From the IMG/VR virus record IMGVR_UViG_3300025586_000002: a stretch of DNA of 41,358 nt. One strand, given 5' to 3'. Under the pieces are notes generated by a model, which saw only the letters and a list, made by a program, of their open reading frames with translations, ran no database searches and had not been told where the DNA came from. Made by a program: the position numbers and the translations under genes. This stretch comes from a virus. This document shows, one piece after another, positions 27,403-34,255 of this stretch (positions are counted from its first letter, which is position 1; each line of letters begins with the position of its first letter).

Positions 27403-27406
27403 CAAT

Positions 27407-27580
27407 ATGCCAAATAAAGATATGTATAATTGGAAAATAACACTTAAAAAGTTTCTACTTCTGTTTATAGAAGTACTAATACTGGGAACTGTGTCCTACA
27501 TAACAGAAAATCAACTATGGTTATTTCTGCTTCCTATCTTAGAAGCAATAAGGAACTGGTTGAAACACAGAACTAGATAG
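27407..27580 (+). CDS. holin-like small membrane protein (57 aa, not in the ORF track)
   Basis: Hand translation: MPNKDMYNWKITLKKFLLLFIEVLILGTVSYITENQLWLFLLPILEAIRNWLKHRTR. It has two hydrophobic helices and a basic C-terminus. Confidence 0.45.
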   Translation: MPNKDMYNWKITLKKFLLLFIEVLILGTVSYITENQLWLFLLPILEAIRNWLKHRTR

Positions 27581-27597
27581 AAAGTCGCTTAGAACGC

Positions 27598-27627
27598 AAA
27601 AAACCCCCTTAAACTGGGGGTCTTTTG
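27598..27627. terminator. bidirectional intrinsic terminator at the convergence of the late and early blocks
   Basis: aaaaaa-CCCCC-ttaaact-GGGGG-tctttt. The GC stem is flanked by an A-run and a T-run, so a U-tract follows on either strand. Confidence 0.8.
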
Positions 27628-27651
27628 ATTGGGTACAACCCTACTACAACC

Positions 27652-28044
27652 CTATTTCTTTAGTTCTTCGTATAGATAACCCATTGCGTTAAACAATATA
27701 CCATTAAGAGCATCTTCTTTTGTTTCTCTACCTTTATAACCTCTGTGAATTAACCAGAGGTCTAAGAAATGTCTCCACATAGATTTAATATAAGCGTCTC
27801 GATTTATACCTTTTTGCCAGTTATCAGATGCACGATAGTTGCCGTCAGATTGTATTCTGTTTTTGTGCATGTACTCGCAGTAGGACTTAATAACGATTGG
27901 GCTTAAAAACCCTTCTGGGTCGTGTTTTCCTTCTTCTGAGTCCCTGATGGCTCCGCTTGGGAATTTTCTTATTTTTTTCATATTATTTAGTTCCTCTTTT
28001 TTAGTTGTACAATGATTTAACCCCGTACCTGTTTGAAAATCCAT
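27652..28044 (-). CDS. dATP/dGTP diphosphohydrolase N-terminal-domain-like (DUF5664-type) protein
   Basis: FPSGAIRDSEEGKHDPEGFLSP, SDNWQKGI and SMWRHF match the family pattern FSTGAxRDxxxGK..SP...NWxKG...RH (recalled from memory). An alternative start exists at 27981. Confidence 0.5.
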   Translation of the reverse strand: MDFQTGTGLNHCTTKKEELNNMKKIRKFPSGAIRDSEEGKHDPEGFLSPIVIKSYCEYMHKNRIQSDGNYRASDNWQKGINRDAYIKSMWRHFLDLWLIHRGYKGRETKEDALNGILFNAMGYLYEELKK

Positions 28045-28051
28045 ATTGTTA

Positions 28052-28246
28052 TTATTTAAATGTATAATACTTTTTTACATCTGGATTTTGTGTTGCGGAA
28101 GTTAATGGCATTTTTTTTAATTTTGGGCTTTCTGGTTCTAAGTTATTTTCTTCATAAGCTATTTCAATCAACCCTATCACCTTCATAAATATCCATACTA
28201 CTAATGATAAAGGACTAATTAAAATTCTGGCTATTACTTTTTTCAT
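28052..28246 (-). CDS. small membrane protein
   Basis: AATAATATG start context. Hydrophobic segment ILISPLSLVVWIFMKVIGLI. Confidence 0.55.
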   Translation of the reverse strand: MKKVIARILISPLSLVVWIFMKVIGLIEIAYEENNLEPESPKLKKMPLTSATQNPDVKKYYTFK

Positions 28247-28482
28247 ATTATTTAATTATACTTAAAACAAGTAATGGTTAGTGTAAAGTTTTAACTATAC
28301 TTTATCCTTGAAATCGTATGATTTGAAGGAATGCTAATCCTTGAAATAGACTGGAAGTGAGGTTAAACCTTACAAGCAGTTCACTGACCTGTACAAAAGT
28401 GTATCACATAATGGAACGAGGTGGACGGGGAAAGAGTTGAACTTTCGTTGTTCTAATGAACCTTACCCTACCCGCCCGACTT
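28247..28482 (-). other. ORF-free, locally GC-enriched spacer with hairpins and direct repeats
   Basis: Minus strand: GGGCGGG pairs with CCCGTCC (7 bp, one G:U). Direct repeat atccttgaaat at 28303 and 28337. Shares gacgggg..agagttgaac and aaacct(t)acaagc with segment 84-460. Confidence 0.5.
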
Positions 28483-28698
28483 CTATTTCTTACCTTCTTT
28501 ATCTTCCTTTAAATGCTCTATCTCTTCTCTGTCTAACTCTTCTAACAGACTAAACTGTGCTCGTAGTTCTGTTATTCTATTCATTAAAGCTCTTAAAAGA
28601 GTTTGGGCGTCGGATATAACCTTCTCTTGTACTACTGCTTGTTCTTGTACTCCCTTGAAGTCTTTTTCTATTGCTTCTTTTTTTTCTTTTAGTTTCAT
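28483..28698 (-). CDS. hypothetical coiled-coil protein
   Basis: AATAATATG start context. Charged heptad-like sequence. Confidence 0.6.
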   Translation of the reverse strand: MKLKEKKEAIEKDFKGVQEQAVVQEKVISDAQTLLRALMNRITELRAQFSLLEELDREEIEHLKEDKEGKK

Positions 28699-28707
28699 AT
28701 TATTTTA

Positions 28708-28935
28708 TTATTCTTTTATAAATGTTTTCCAAAACTCTGTTCTAAAAAGTAGTCCTTCTTCTGATAAGAAGTTATTGTCTGATAAATGTTCTAATATCTC
28801 CTCTAAGTCACAAGCAGATATGTCGGGAAACGCTCTAATTAGTTCTATGCTACGGGATTGTTTCTTCATAATACTTTCCTTATTTTTAGATGGACAATCT
28901 TCCATTTCACAATTTTCACAAATATAGTTTGTCAT
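28708..28935 (-). CDS. hypothetical protein
   Basis: AAAACTATG start preceded by the 25-nt repeated leader. Confidence 0.6.
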   Translation of the reverse strand: MTNYICENCEMEDCPSKNKESIMKKQSRSIELIRAFPDISACDLEEILEHLSDNNFLSEEGLLFRTEFWKTFIKE

Positions 28936-28957
28936 AGTTTTAACCTTATTTTAATAA
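28933..28957 (-). repeat. 25-nt repeated -10/leader element (copy 1)
   Basis: catagttttaaccttattttaataa is identical at 28933-28957 and 29128-29152. On the minus strand it reads TTATTAAAATAAGGTTAAAACTATG. Confidence 0.9.
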
Positions 28958-28976
28958 CGCTCTTATGTTCTGTCAA
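28948..28976 (-). promoter_or_regulatory. sigma70-like early promoter
   Basis: Minus strand: TTGACA (28976-28971, within the last codons EIDRT* of the upstream gene), 17-nt spacer, TAAAAT (28953-28948). Confidence 0.6.
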
Positions 28977-29130
28977 TTTCATCTTTGTGTTTCATGTACA
29001 TCGTTAGTAATTCTTCCATATAGTGTTTTCCAAAATCACATCCGTGGTTTTTTAATGTGTAGTTCATTAGTTTTCTCATTTGAGTCCAATACCATTCTTT
29101 TATTTTGTCTTTTAGTGTTTCTTTTCCCAT
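28963..29130 (-). CDS. hypothetical protein (55 aa, not in the ORF track)
   Basis: Hand translation: MGKETLKDKIKEWYWTQMRKLMNYTLKNHGCDFGKHYMEELLTMYMKHKDEIDRT. It has the same 25-nt leader as the next gene. Confidence 0.5.
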   Translation of the reverse strand: MGKETLKDKIKEWYWTQMRKLMNYTLKNHGCDFGKHYMEELLTMYMKHKDEIDRT

Positions 29131-29152
29131 AGTTTTAACCTTATTTTAATAA
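29128..29152 (-). repeat. 25-nt repeated -10/leader element (copy 2)
   Basis: Identical to 28933-28957. Confidence 0.9.
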
Positions 29153-29156
29153 TTCC

Positions 29157-29305
29157 TTTAACACTGGTTAGATGTTTTTGTGGGTTGCAGGTGGCGTATC
29201 CTTCTAGAGCCACGGAGGCTTTCAACTCATATAATAGTCCCCATAAAGAGCCAATCCTTTATGAGCAAGTCCATTTTCTTCGGACATAACCTAACCAGTG
29301 TTAAA
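29157..29305 (-). ncRNA. 149-nt structured element closed by a perfect 15-bp helix (ncRNA, leader or RNase III site candidate)
   Basis: tttaacactggttag (29157-29171) is the exact reverse complement of ctaaccagtgttaaa (29291-29305). Inner hairpins on the minus strand: GTCC/GGAC, CATAAAG/CTTTATG, GTGGC/GCCAC. No ORF. Confidence 0.45.
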
Positions 29306-29340
29306 AGAACAATTAGTATGATAACTTGACATATCAAGGT

Positions 29341-29387
29341 TAACGTAATCATATCATTTTGATACGTTAATACAATAATTTGATACG
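29341..29387. promoter_or_regulatory. cluster of short repeats (possible operator)
   Basis: Direct repeat tttgatacg at 29358-29366 and 29379-29387, 21 bp apart. Inverted repeat ttaacgta / tacgttaa at about 29340-29370. Confidence 0.35.
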
Positions 29388-29443
29388 ATATTTAATCATA
29401 AGTCTATTATTGTTAAAGAACTTTTAATAAATCTACCCAAGTA

Positions 29444-29650
29444 TCATTCAAATCTATCTCTATCTCCTTCCTCCATTATCTCTTTCATTATCTCTTTTTT
29501 TTGTTGGGTGAGTTTTTCTATCCAAAAATCCACTATATCATTAAGTAGTTCAGTATCTTGTATTATTTCCCCACTTGATTTTTTGAAGAATACTTTATTC
29601 TTATCAAATTTACTTTCAAATTCCTCAATTATTTCCTCTTTTGTTTTCAT
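29444..29650 (-). CDS. hypothetical protein
   Basis: AATAATATG start context. Confidence 0.6.
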   Translation of the reverse strand: MKTKEEIIEEFESKFDKNKVFFKKSSGEIIQDTELLNDIVDFWIEKLTQQKKEIMKEIMEEGDRDRFE

Positions 29651-30057
29651 ATTATTATTATTATTACATCTATTACTTTATTCTCTATTAAATAAATTAA
29701 CATTTTGGCTCTGGCGTCTGCTTCGGTGTTATAATCATTAGCTTTATATTCTGGTTGGATAAAAGTGTCCAAATCTTCGCAAAACCATTTACCAATACTA
29801 TTATGAAATGACATATAGTCTCTTGGCAACATCTCTCCTAATTCAGCTACTGTGAAGGCGGAATACTTATTAGATTTGACAGAAGGAAATTGCTGATATA
29901 AATCACCTGCCACAGAATGCTCTCTCATCAATGAGTGATTTAAAATAATTGTTCCATCATAAAGTTTAATCCAATAAAATAAACTCTCCTGCTTCACTCC
30001 CAACTCTTTTAATTTTTTAGAAAATTCTAATGAACTAACTTGATTTTGTAGTTGCAT
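29647..30057 (-). CDS. hypothetical protein
   Basis: AATAATATG start context. 4-nt overlap with the downstream gene. Confidence 0.6.
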   Translation of the reverse strand: MQLQNQVSSLEFSKKLKELGVKQESLFYWIKLYDGTIILNHSLMREHSVAGDLYQQFPSVKSNKYSAFTVAELGEMLPRDYMSFHNSIGKWFCEDLDTFIQPEYKANDYNTEADARAKMLIYLIENKVIDVIIIII

Positions 30058-30058
30058 A

Positions 30059-30511
30059 TTATTTATTTAGTTTTTGTTTGAGTTTATGTATTTCATTATC
30101 TCTCCGTTGATACCCTTGAAAGAAAAGACCTCTAATTTTTAATGCTTCTTTAAATGTAATTTTTCTTTCTAATCCCTCCATTATCTCTTGTTTTTGTTGA
30201 GAGAGAACTCTACTACAAACTTCTAACATCAACTTCCCATTTTTACTTTCAGGGTCAAACTCTTTGGTATCTTCTCTTGTTTCATATCCGAAAGAAGGTG
30301 CTAATTCTTCATAAGTATTATGAAATAATTTTGCCCATTTTATTTTCTCGTTTGTTTTCATATTATTTATTAATTTATTATCTGGACAATCATTGTGTAA
30401 TCCTTTATTCACTCTACATTTTGGACAGTATTCTAAAAATGCTTGCATAATTTTATTATAATACTTTACATCTTTTTTACAATGCTTACAAAGTATGTGC
30501 TTTTGTTTCAT
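30059..30511 (-). CDS. hypothetical protein with an N-terminal CxxC...CxxC zinc ribbon
   Basis: CKHC...CPKC. An internal AATAATATG at Met52 (MKTNEK) could be a second start. Confidence 0.55.
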   Translation of the reverse strand: MKQKHILCKHCKKDVKYYNKIMQAFLEYCPKCRVNKGLHNDCPDNKLINNMKTNEKIKWAKLFHNTYEELAPSFGYETREDTKEFDPESKNGKLMLEVCSRVLSQQKQEIMEGLERKITFKEALKIRGLFFQGYQRRDNEIHKLKQKLNK

Positions 30512-30532
30512 TTACTACCTATTAACAGGTAG

Positions 30533-30602
30533 TATAAGAAAAGGAGAGAGCAACCCCTTTTAATAGTCCGATAAACTCGGTGGGTTTTGGATTGCTCTCT
30601 TT
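30533..30602 (-). terminator. long-stem terminator-like hairpin ending the Shine-Dalgarno-bearing island
   Basis: Minus strand: AGAGAGCAA (30600-30592) pairs with TTGCTCTCT (30553-30545) around an inner CCGA/TCGG hairpin, followed by CCTTTTCTT. Confidence 0.5.
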
Positions 30603-30662
30603 AAACCTTTGAAAGAACTTCATTCAGGTTCCTAGTTCCTAGTGTACTAGGCTATTAGGAAG

Positions 30663-31742
30663 CTATCGATAAATCTTAACCTGTTCTCTTACTGGTTCGG
30701 ATAACTTAATTGGTCTTGTCCAAACCACGCCGTGCTTTTCATTGACCCCAAACAAGAACTGTTCAGCAATTCCCATTCGTCTTAACTTTCCGATAGAGAA
30801 TAAATCTCCCCCAACAAAAGAGCCGTTGGCTATAATGTTGTTAAAGAAACCAAGACGATGATGATGTCCCATAAGCATATAATCTGCTTTTTCAGAGAAC
30901 ATTCCGAGAATTGCTTGGATGTTGTTCTTTTGGCGGTCAGCACCATAATAAGGGTATCCTGCCCAACCTCTAACGGTATCTCCGTGGTCTAGCCAGAAAT
31001 TATGATTGTTAATTGCTACAATCATATGCTGGGCTTCGGTATATTCTATTAGAATATCTTTTAGCCCAAGCAGTCTTTGCTTCATAAAGTGATATGTTAG
31101 TAAGTCAAAGTTCTCTTGTGGAGGGGCGTCTTTTGGATTAGGTGTTAGTCTGGCATGGTTTCCATAAACCCCGTAGAAACGGATTTTAGGGAAGTATCCT
31201 GTTAATATAATAATGAAGTCTGCTAAGATTTCCACTGCTTCAATGACTTGCTTACACACACCGAACTCAATGTTAGACTGCTGGTTTCCACGAAGGATTG
31301 AACCATCTACCATGTCCCCAAGACAAGTAATAACTAACTCATGGGGTTTGTTAGGGTGGTATTCAAGAAACCTTATTATCTTTTCAGCCAAAAGGGATAA
31401 CCTTTTTCTTGCGATACAAGGACTGTATTCAGAAAGTCCTCCTACTTCAACCGCTTTCACGAGTTGTCCGTAGTGCCAATCTGACAGTTCAAGAACCCAA
31501 GACTCTGGTTTCAAATCCCCTTTCCTGATTTGAGGAGGGTCAAGTCTTTTGAGTTTTGGAAGAGTATCTACCACCTGTTGTGCGATTTCTTTGACATTTA
31601 ATATAATGTCTTTCTTTTTCTGTGCAACAGCGTGATTGTGGTTCCAGTGGTATCTAAAACCACTTCTGTCAGAGAAGTCTTTGTTGCACTCTGGACACAT
31701 TACCCTTCCATTAACTTCTTTTGTATTTGGATACATTCTCAT
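30663..31742 (-). CDS. calcineurin-like metallophosphoesterase with an N-terminal classical C2H2 zinc finger
   Basis: Metallophosphoesterase motifs LSDWHYG (DxH), GDMVDG, GNHAR, LDHGD, MGHHHRL. N-terminal CPECNKDFSDRSGFRYHWNHNH fits C-x2-C-x3-F-x5-hydrophobic-x2-H-x4-H. AAAGGAGGT lies 7 nt before the ATG. Confidence 0.7.
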   Translation of the reverse strand: MRMYPNTKEVNGRVMCPECNKDFSDRSGFRYHWNHNHAVAQKKKDIILNVKEIAQQVVDTLPKLKRLDPPQIRKGDLKPESWVLELSDWHYGQLVKAVEVGGLSEYSPCIARKRLSLLAEKIIRFLEYHPNKPHELVITCLGDMVDGSILRGNQQSNIEFGVCKQVIEAVEILADFIIILTGYFPKIRFYGVYGNHARLTPNPKDAPPQENFDLLTYHFMKQRLLGLKDILIEYTEAQHMIVAINNHNFWLDHGDTVRGWAGYPYYGADRQKNNIQAILGMFSEKADYMLMGHHHRLGFFNNIIANGSFVGGDLFSIGKLRRMGIAEQFLFGVNEKHGVVWTRPIKLSEPVREQVKIYR

Positions 31743-31923
31743 TAGAATTACCTCCTTTATAAATGCCTCGTATTCCCGTTCGCCGTTTAAAGTCTATGTA
31801 AGCCTTTTCGGCTTTCGCAATAGACTGCCCGAGTTCCCAGAACTCTCTGCCGTGAACACCTACTTTCGCATACTCTTCCATTTCTTCCTTTAACTGGAAA
31901 AATAAACTTTCAAATCTATCCAC
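31711..31923 (-). CDS. hypothetical protein, paralog B of a tandem pair
   Basis: GTG start with AAAGGAGGAG upstream. About half of the residues are identical to the 31916-32104 product (MDxFExLFFxLxEE...AEKAYxDFKxxTGIxGIxKGG). Confidence 0.6.
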   Translation of the reverse strand: MDRFESLFFQLKEEMEEYAKVGVHGREFWELGQSIAKAEKAYIDFKRRTGIRGIYKGGNSNENVSKYKRS

Positions 31924-32104
31924 GGGGAACTCCTCCTTTGTGAATACCGAGAATACCTGTTTTCTTTTTGAAATCCTTATAAGCTTTCTCGGCTACACGA
32001 ACATAGTCTATTACCAACCACAGTTCTTGGCAGTTAATTCCTGCCTCACGATAGCCTTTAATCTCTTCCCTTAAATGGAAGAACAACCTTTCAAACTTAT
32101 CCAT
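31916..32104 (-). CDS. hypothetical protein, paralog A of a tandem pair
   Basis: AAGGAGGG lies 7 nt before the ATG. See paralog B. Confidence 0.6.
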   Translation of the reverse strand: MDKFERLFFHLREEIKGYREAGINCQELWLVIDYVRVAEKAYKDFKKKTGILGIHKGGVPRG

Positions 32105-32405
32105 CTGGAATCCCTCCTTCGAGGAATTGGTCTATGGAAACATTCTTATCATCGACATAGTAATCTGCTGGTATCTTGATGTTGGAGATAGCGTGGTATT
32201 TGACATTATGCTTCCGTAACCATTTGATTGTTGCTGGAATAAGCTCATCTGCTCTGGCGGTGTATACGATTATCCATACATTGACCAGAGAGTTTACCTT
32301 ATCAACAACATCTTGCCTTGGTTCGGCGTTCAAGCATTCTTCGTAAGTCCAACAAGTTTCTTTGGTAAGGGTATTATCACAGTCTATCATAATTACCTTT
32401 GCCAT
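32097..32405 (-). CDS. minimal HAD-superfamily phosphatase-like protein
   Basis: Motif I IDCDNT (DxDxT), VYTAR (motif II Thr), and a Lys plus YVDDKN (motifs III/IV). GAGGAGG lies 7 nt before the ATG. Confidence 0.5.
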   Translation of the reverse strand: MAKVIMIDCDNTLTKETCWTYEECLNAEPRQDVVDKVNSLVNVWIIVYTARADELIPATIKWLRKHNVKYHAISNIKIPADYYVDDKNVSIDQFLEGGIPDG

Positions 32406-32407
32406 TA

Positions 32408-32563
32408 TTACACCTCCTCAATATGAATTTTTTTTATCTTAATAAGAAACCTATCTTTGTCTTTTGTTGGAATAGCACGATAAACTATTCCGAACTTGTA
32501 GAACTTTTTGCCGATTTCCCAAGTCCACATTTCAAAGATTTCTCCGTAGATAAGATATTGCAT
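32408..32563 (-). CDS. hypothetical protein (51 aa, not in the ORF track)
   Basis: Hand translation: MQYLIYGEIFEMWTWEIGKKFYKFGIVYRAIPTKDKDRFLIKIKKIHIEEV. AAGGAG lies 8 nt before the ATG. Confidence 0.45.
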   Translation of the reverse strand: MQYLIYGEIFEMWTWEIGKKFYKFGIVYRAIPTKDKDRFLIKIKKIHIEEV

Positions 32564-32567
32564 TTCC

Positions 32568-32816
32568 TCATCTCCTTAAATAATGTTCTCCTTTCTTGAT
32601 TTTAGTTTTTAAATCTTCAATCTCTTCTGCGGTAATCTTTTGCTTGGTCTTCATTCGCCAGTTAATATCCATTATGAAATTCTCTATCTCTATATCATAA
32701 AGGTTATTAAACAAGGCGTGCCAAAGTTGGTGGAACTTCTTGGGGAGTAAAACTTTCTTGTCGTAGTTTCCGCGACTTTGCGGGACGGCATGGTGTTCAC
32801 TGTATTCGTGCTTCAC
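32568..32816 (-). CDS. small HNH-type endonuclease-like protein
   Basis: EHHAVPQSRGNYDKKVLLPKKFHQLWHALF resembles the HHIxPxSxGG...N...H..xHxLF pattern of small phage HNH proteins. GTG start with AAAGGAGG upstream. Confidence 0.45.
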   Translation of the reverse strand: MKHEYSEHHAVPQSRGNYDKKVLLPKKFHQLWHALFNNLYDIEIENFIMDINWRMKTKQKITAEEIEDLKTKIKKGEHYLRR

Positions 32817-32854
32817 TTTTCTCGCCTCCTTTCAATTGTTAATGTGCTATTATA

Positions 32855-32883
32855 ATGATAACAAATTACTTCCTAAATGTCAA
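32855..32883 (-). promoter_or_regulatory. sigma70-like promoter of the island
   Basis: Minus strand: TTGACA (32883-32878), 17-nt spacer, TATCAT (32860-32855), immediately followed by TATAAT (32854-32849). Confidence 0.6.
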
Positions 32884-32885
32884 GC

Positions 32886-33077
32886 CTATAATTGAATGTC
32901 TCTTGCTTTTAGTGTATAAACAGCGTTCACAGTATTATCCTGATTATTGAGGTAGTCAATCTTTACTATCTCTCCCATTACTACAACTGTCATATCTTCT
33001 CCCATTTCTGGGGACTTCTCTATCTCATGCTTTGAACTGATTTTTAAGAACCTTGTGTTGATTTTCATTGTATTCAT
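32886..33077 (-). CDS. hypothetical protein
   Basis: TAATG stop/start overlap with the upstream gene. Confidence 0.55.
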   Translation of the reverse strand: MNTMKINTRFLKISSKHEIEKSPEMGEDMTVVVMGEIVKIDYLNNQDNTVNAVYTLKARDIQL

Positions 33078-33391
33078 TAGAACAGTTCTTTATTCATATC
33101 TTCAACTGGTGGTTCCCAATTTGGTCTGTGGGTTTCATTGAAATCCATGTGTTCCGACTTGTCCTTAAAATCTTCTGGTACTTCTTTCTTAAAAGTGTTT
33201 AACTGAAAATAGAGTTTTCCGTGTTGGCTTTTTAAGAGGTCAAGATTGATATAACCTGCTTCGTTCTTGTGTTCTTTTGCGAACTCAATGAATTCATCTA
33301 CCTTGATTGCAACCTTTCCTTTAATAAAGTCTGGTGCGTTCTCGTGTGGTCGGTCAAAGAACATCCCTTTTGGGTATATTTTTTCTATCAT
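33077..33391 (-). CDS. hypothetical protein (possible ssDNA-binding protein by context)
   Basis: Lies beside the exonuclease and annealase genes. No diagnostic motif. Confidence 0.3.
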   Translation of the reverse strand: MIEKIYPKGMFFDRPHENAPDFIKGKVAIKVDEFIEFAKEHKNEAGYINLDLLKSQHGKLYFQLNTFKKEVPEDFKDKSEHMDFNETHRPNWEPPVEDMNKELF

Positions 33392-33392
33392 A

Positions 33393-34040
33393 TTATTGCT
33401 TTATTATTTTTATTGTTTGTATTTTAACTTTTTTAAACTCTCCGTCATAATATAAGATATAAGTATCTTTTATCTTCACTCCACGCCTTTCAGATAACTC
33501 CTTATACATTCCTACCTGCAACTTGTGTTCGTTTTCCTTTGAAAAAGGTATATGGTCTAACGGTTTTAGAAAGTATCCTCTTTCTTTTGAAGTGTCATTT
33601 GATGTCTTTATATCTAATATATTTACTTGTTTGCCGACCTTTTGAAATAAATCTACTGTTCCTGCGATAAGAAGTTCTGGGCAATAAACAATAACTTCTG
33701 AATACAGTGTGCCTAATTTTAACTTCTTAAACTTCTCTAAAACTTCTTTTAAGTGAGGTGCGTTTGGCTCTTGTTTGTATCTGACCCATAGTTTTATAGT
33801 GTTATGGACAGCGTTCCCGTAGTCAGAAGCAATAGAACTTTTTGTTTCCCACTCGTCTATAATCTCGTCTTTATCTCTCTTGTCTCGTTTAGCCATTGCT
33901 GTCGCTATTCTTTCTTTCGGGAACTCTGGCTTGAACTGTAAAAGATATTCTGATACAGAGGTATAACCCTCGCCTCTAAAAGAATATGTATGTGTTGCTT
34001 TGTCGAAGTTCATAGGTTGTCCTTGTTTTTTAATAATCAA
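33393..34040 (-). CDS. PD-(D/E)XK (RecB/Cas4/YqaJ-like) exonuclease
   Basis: GTVDLFQKVGKQVNILDIKTS (D...D/E-x-K) and a downstream LQVGMYKEL (QxxxY). Confidence 0.65.
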   Translation of the reverse strand: MIIKKQGQPMNFDKATHTYSFRGEGYTSVSEYLLQFKPEFPKERIATAMAKRDKRDKDEIIDEWETKSSIASDYGNAVHNTIKLWVRYKQEPNAPHLKEVLEKFKKLKLGTLYSEVIVYCPELLIAGTVDLFQKVGKQVNILDIKTSNDTSKERGYFLKPLDHIPFSKENEHKLQVGMYKELSERRGVKIKDTYILYYDGEFKKVKIQTIKIIKQ

Positions 34041-34224
34041 TAATTATTTTCTGTCCAAAATTAGGAGCCACCAATCCACATCTCCAAGTGTTGTCAATTC
34101 CCTGCTCTTGGCATACATCTTTGTATGCCCAGCCGTTTAGACCGATGAGAGGAACAAATAGTATGATTATAAGACCGAAGAAGCTCAGAAGAATGCTCAG
34201 AATGAATAACATAGTGTCTTTCAT
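34030..34224 (-). CDS. small membrane protein
   Basis: Hydrophobic N-terminus MLFILSILLSFFGLIIILFVPLIGL. Confidence 0.55.
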   Translation of the reverse strand: MKDTMLFILSILLSFFGLIIILFVPLIGLNGWAYKDVCQEQGIDNTWRCGLVAPNFGQKIIIDY

Positions 34225-34255
34225 AGATTTTAACTATTAGTTATTAAATTTATTT

